The notes beneath the pieces were generated by a model, which worked only from the letters and a program-made list of their open reading frames with translations, ran no database searches and was not told the DNA's origin. A DNA stretch of 64,000 bases from Methanothrix sp. (lineage in GTDB: Archaea > Halobacteriota > Methanosarcinia > Methanotrichales > Methanotrichaceae): contig OY821645.1 in assembly GCA_963682135.1 (NCBI GenBank), positions 2,816,001 to 2,880,000 of the forward strand. Reading direction: 5' to 3'. How positions within the stretch are numbered: the first letter of the stretch is position 1; each line of letters opens with the position of its first letter. A program made the translations under genes and the position numbers. Positions 60,322-64,000 of this stretch are shown in pieces.

Positions 60322-62370
60322 ATGGCTGGCATCGATGGATTAAGAGAAAGGCTCCTGCTTGTTCTGCTAGCTTTTGCTCTGCTGCCTATGGTAGTTCTAG
60401 GGATCATATCTTTAGTGGAGATGAACCATGCGTCAGTGGATGTTCAAAGTAATATCTCTAGCCTTAGCAAATCCTTGAATCGTTCCGCATTGGAGGTCGG
60501 TCAAGGCGGTGCCGATCAGGTGCAGCTAGCTGTCGCGAAGTCTCGTCAGTATGATGAGTTCTTCGGGCGCATTGCTTCTGAGAACGAGCTGGTTGCCGAT
60601 TATTTGGCAGCCGGATCCACAAATGAGAGCTGTACCCCGGCAGGAATATGGGTTGCCCCGATAGATTCCAATCAGACAATTTCCGATATAAGAGATGCCA
60701 CCATAAGGTCACTATGTGCTCCTGCCAAGATTATGCAGGCACTTCACAAGACCAAATCATCACAGTATCTATCATATATCGGAACCGAGGATGGGGTGCT
60801 GGCTGTATGGCCTTATAGTAACAAGACTCTCAGTAACACGGCGCCCTTCGGTTACAAGGATATGCCGTATTATGATCAGGCCAGGCAAAAGAAGAAGACT
60901 ATCTGGACCGGGCCATACACGAGTGATAAGGGAGATTATGCAATTACCATTACAACTCCATTCTATAGAAAAGACGTGTTTGCAGGCATTGCGGGAATGG
61001 ATGTCTCTTTATATCCGATTTACAGCGATCTGTCATCCCTGCGGGGTAGGGGCTATCCCTTCATTATGGATTCGTCCGGCTTGATAATATATCGATCAAA
61101 AAATAAGCCGGAAAATGATCTGAAAGAGCTCTTCGTAACGGATAATCTATTTGAATCCAACAACCCCGAAGTTAGGGCTCTGGGCAAAAACATGATAAAA
61201 GAAAGCTCCGGCTCCAGTGTGATCGGGCTGGAGGATGGGGACGGCTATGTGGCTTTCTCGCGCATAGCAACACTCGGCTGGATCGTTTGCATTGCCTATC
61301 CTGCTGAAGAGATGAGCCTGCCAGCTCGATACATAGATTCCGGTGTTAAGGATGTTGCTATGAGCGCAACTGCCGGCTTGAATGAGGCTTCGCGAAGGGT
61401 TTGGGAATACGCGCTGACCATCTTTGTTCTCACCGTTTTTTCCGTATTGGGGGCCGGATGGTGGATGAGCAGAAGAATCGATGGCCAGATCGAATCGCTT
61501 TCCAATGCAGCTGCAAAAATTTCCCGTGGCGAGTTTGATGTTATCGCTGGGACTTCTGGTGAACTGGCTCCTCTGGCAGTATCATTCAATAAAATGGTGC
61601 AGGGTCTGAAGGGATACGTGGGAAGGCAAGAAGCTGAAGCGGTTTTGCGGGGCGGCTCAGGCAAGGAAATGGCCTTTCTAGAAGGGGTAAAGCGTAACCT
61701 CGTTCCCACGACTGTGCCCCAGGAAGAAGAATATGATATTCAGACGCTTTACTGGCCATCGGATATGGATGGTTTTGATCTCTACGATATTACCCGAGCT
61801 GATGATAAGATAGCCTTCGCTATGGCGGGTGTAGGTGGGGATGGTGTCCAGGCAGCTATGCTTGCCATCATGTCGCGAACGCTCATCCGTGCTTCGCCTG
61901 ATAAATTGGATCCGGCGAAAGCAATCAGCGAACTGAATTCGCAGATAAATCAGTATGGTCATGGAACAAATCTGGCATGCTTTTATGCGCTGTTGGATCC
62001 AGTAAACCATACCTTAGAGTATGTGAATGCTGGCTTCAATCCGCCTTTCATTGTCGATCCGGGTGGAATGGTGGACACATTGGGTGGTGGCGGTATCGCT
62101 CTTGGTATGCTGGATAGAATGGAGCTTGAAAGGACGCTCATACCCATTCAGCCAGGTGATGTGATGGTCATGTATTCCGATGGCGTTGTCGATCTGGAGA
62201 ATGGCTCCAGAGATCATTTCGGTATAGAGCGGCTGATAGATCTGATCATAAACAACAGACATCGTCCTGCTTCTGAGATATTGATGGTCGCGGAGAAGAG
62301 TCTTATGGATTATTCCAAGTCAAAGATTTCTTCTTCAGACGTAACCCTAATAATTCTCAAGCGAAGTTAA
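60322..62370 (+). CDS. Cache-HAMP-PP2C (SpoIIE-type) sensor phosphatase
   Basis: Two TM helices flanking a dCache-like domain (YYDQA..WTGPY..GMDV), HAMP, YVNAGFNPP, YSDGV, SDVTLII. Confidence 0.88.
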   Translation: MAGIDGLRERLLLVLLAFALLPMVVLGIISLVEMNHASVDVQSNISSLSKSLNRSALEVGQGGADQVQLAVAKSRQYDEFFGRIASENELVADYLAAGSTNESCTPAGIWVAPIDSNQTISDIRDATIRSLCAPAKIMQALHKTKSSQYLSYIGTEDGVLAVWPYSNKTLSNTAPFGYKDMPYYDQARQKKKTIWTGPYTSDKGDYAITITTPFYRKDVFAGIAGMDVSLYPIYSDLSSLRGRGYPFIMDSSGLIIYRSKNKPENDLKELFVTDNLFESNNPEVRALGKNMIKESSGSSVIGLEDGDGYVAFSRIATLGWIVCIAYPAEEMSLPARYIDSGVKDVAMSATAGLNEASRRVWEYALTIFVLTVFSVLGAGWWMSRRIDGQIESLSNAAAKISRGEFDVIAGTSGELAPLAVSFNKMVQGLKGYVGRQEAEAVLRGGSGKEMAFLEGVKRNLVPTTVPQEEEYDIQTLYWPSDMDGFDLYDITRADDKIAFAMAGVGGDGVQAAMLAIMSRTLIRASPDKLDPAKAISELNSQINQYGHGTNLACFYALLDPVNHTLEYVNAGFNPPFIVDPGGMVDTLGGGGIALGMLDRMELERTLIPIQPGDVMVMYSDGVVDLENGSRDHFGIERLIDLIINNRHRPASEILMVAEKSLMDYSKSKISSSDVTLIILKRS

Positions 62371-62479
62371 TTATCTATTTTAGCCTTTTTTTGTGATAGG
62401 TAGGCATTAATGATCGAATTGATTTATTACGAATATTATTATATAAAATTTCTTACTCCAATTGCCTGATTCTTCGATG

Positions 62480-62775
62480 CGCTACCTATAAATACGGGTC
62501 CTCCGTTAGGTGAGAAGGCCGATGCGATGGGCTCGCAGGATCCGCTTCGTTCTCCAGATGCAAACCTGGGGATCAGATGGGGCGAAATCCTTAAGTACGA
62601 GTTTCGATCACAATGGCTGCCGAAAAGAGTTCATGTTTTCGTGTCTCCTTCGCGACTTCTCCTCATGGTCAAGTCCAAGTGACTCGAAAGCTATAAATAG
62701 TACGAACTCCTTTTGTGCTGGTCCAATAATCGACGCTAAAGAGGTCTGCTGAAAGGCAACCTTTAAATAGTAGTG
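62480..62775 (+). promoter_or_regulatory. Tandem rRNA operon promoters
   Basis: TATAAATA at 62487, CTTAAGTA at 62590, TATAAATA at 62692, TTTAAATA at 62762, several preceded by a GAAA-type BRE. Confidence 0.6.
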
Positions 62776-62978
62776 ATGCGTACAGAATTGGGCCGATGAG
62801 GCGTCGCACCTGAAAATCCAGGGTCCAGCATTAGATGGCTGAACCTGCTTCGAAGCTGCGATTAAAACAAATGGAGACGCGAGATTTTTCGTGTCTGACA
62901 TTGGTCTTGGCGACTCAGCCAATTCCGACTGGTTTCGGAATAACATGATTGAGTTTAAAACTTCCTAGAAGGATATGA

Positions 62979-64000
<1,022 letters not shown>

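Overview
Archaeal genomic DNA from a Methanothrix (Methanosaeta)-like methanogen; a 16S rRNA gene starts at ~62979 and carries the Methanothrix MX825 probe site. Bases ~1-46.8 kb form an AT-richer, IS-riddled surface-glycan island built as two convergent arms. The + arm (659-21467) has wecB, fnlA/split fnlB/fnlC, a B12 radical-SAM enzyme, GT4s, a DegT aminotransferase and a DUF2206-like protein. The - arm (46317-21454) has a giant secreted TPR repeat protein, decayed rfbB/rfbA, wzm/wzt, a CDP-sugar pathway with a C-methyltransferase, GT2s and an NDP-sugar dehydrogenase. The rest is mostly housekeeping (slyD, pyrI, pyrB, cdpB1-like, thg1, a SpoIIE-type phosphatase, rRNA operon start). The most notable unannotated signals, all read by eye, are: (1) a ~140-bp promoter + hairpin + 16-codon sORF module repeated in sense orientation at the head of both arms; (2) two 77-87 bp non-autonomous IS110-type mini-elements sharing end architecture and an AA core with an intact IS110 whose non-coding end looks like a bridge RNA; (3) a 20 x 204-bp TPR array with an N-glycosylation sequon in nearly every repeat.
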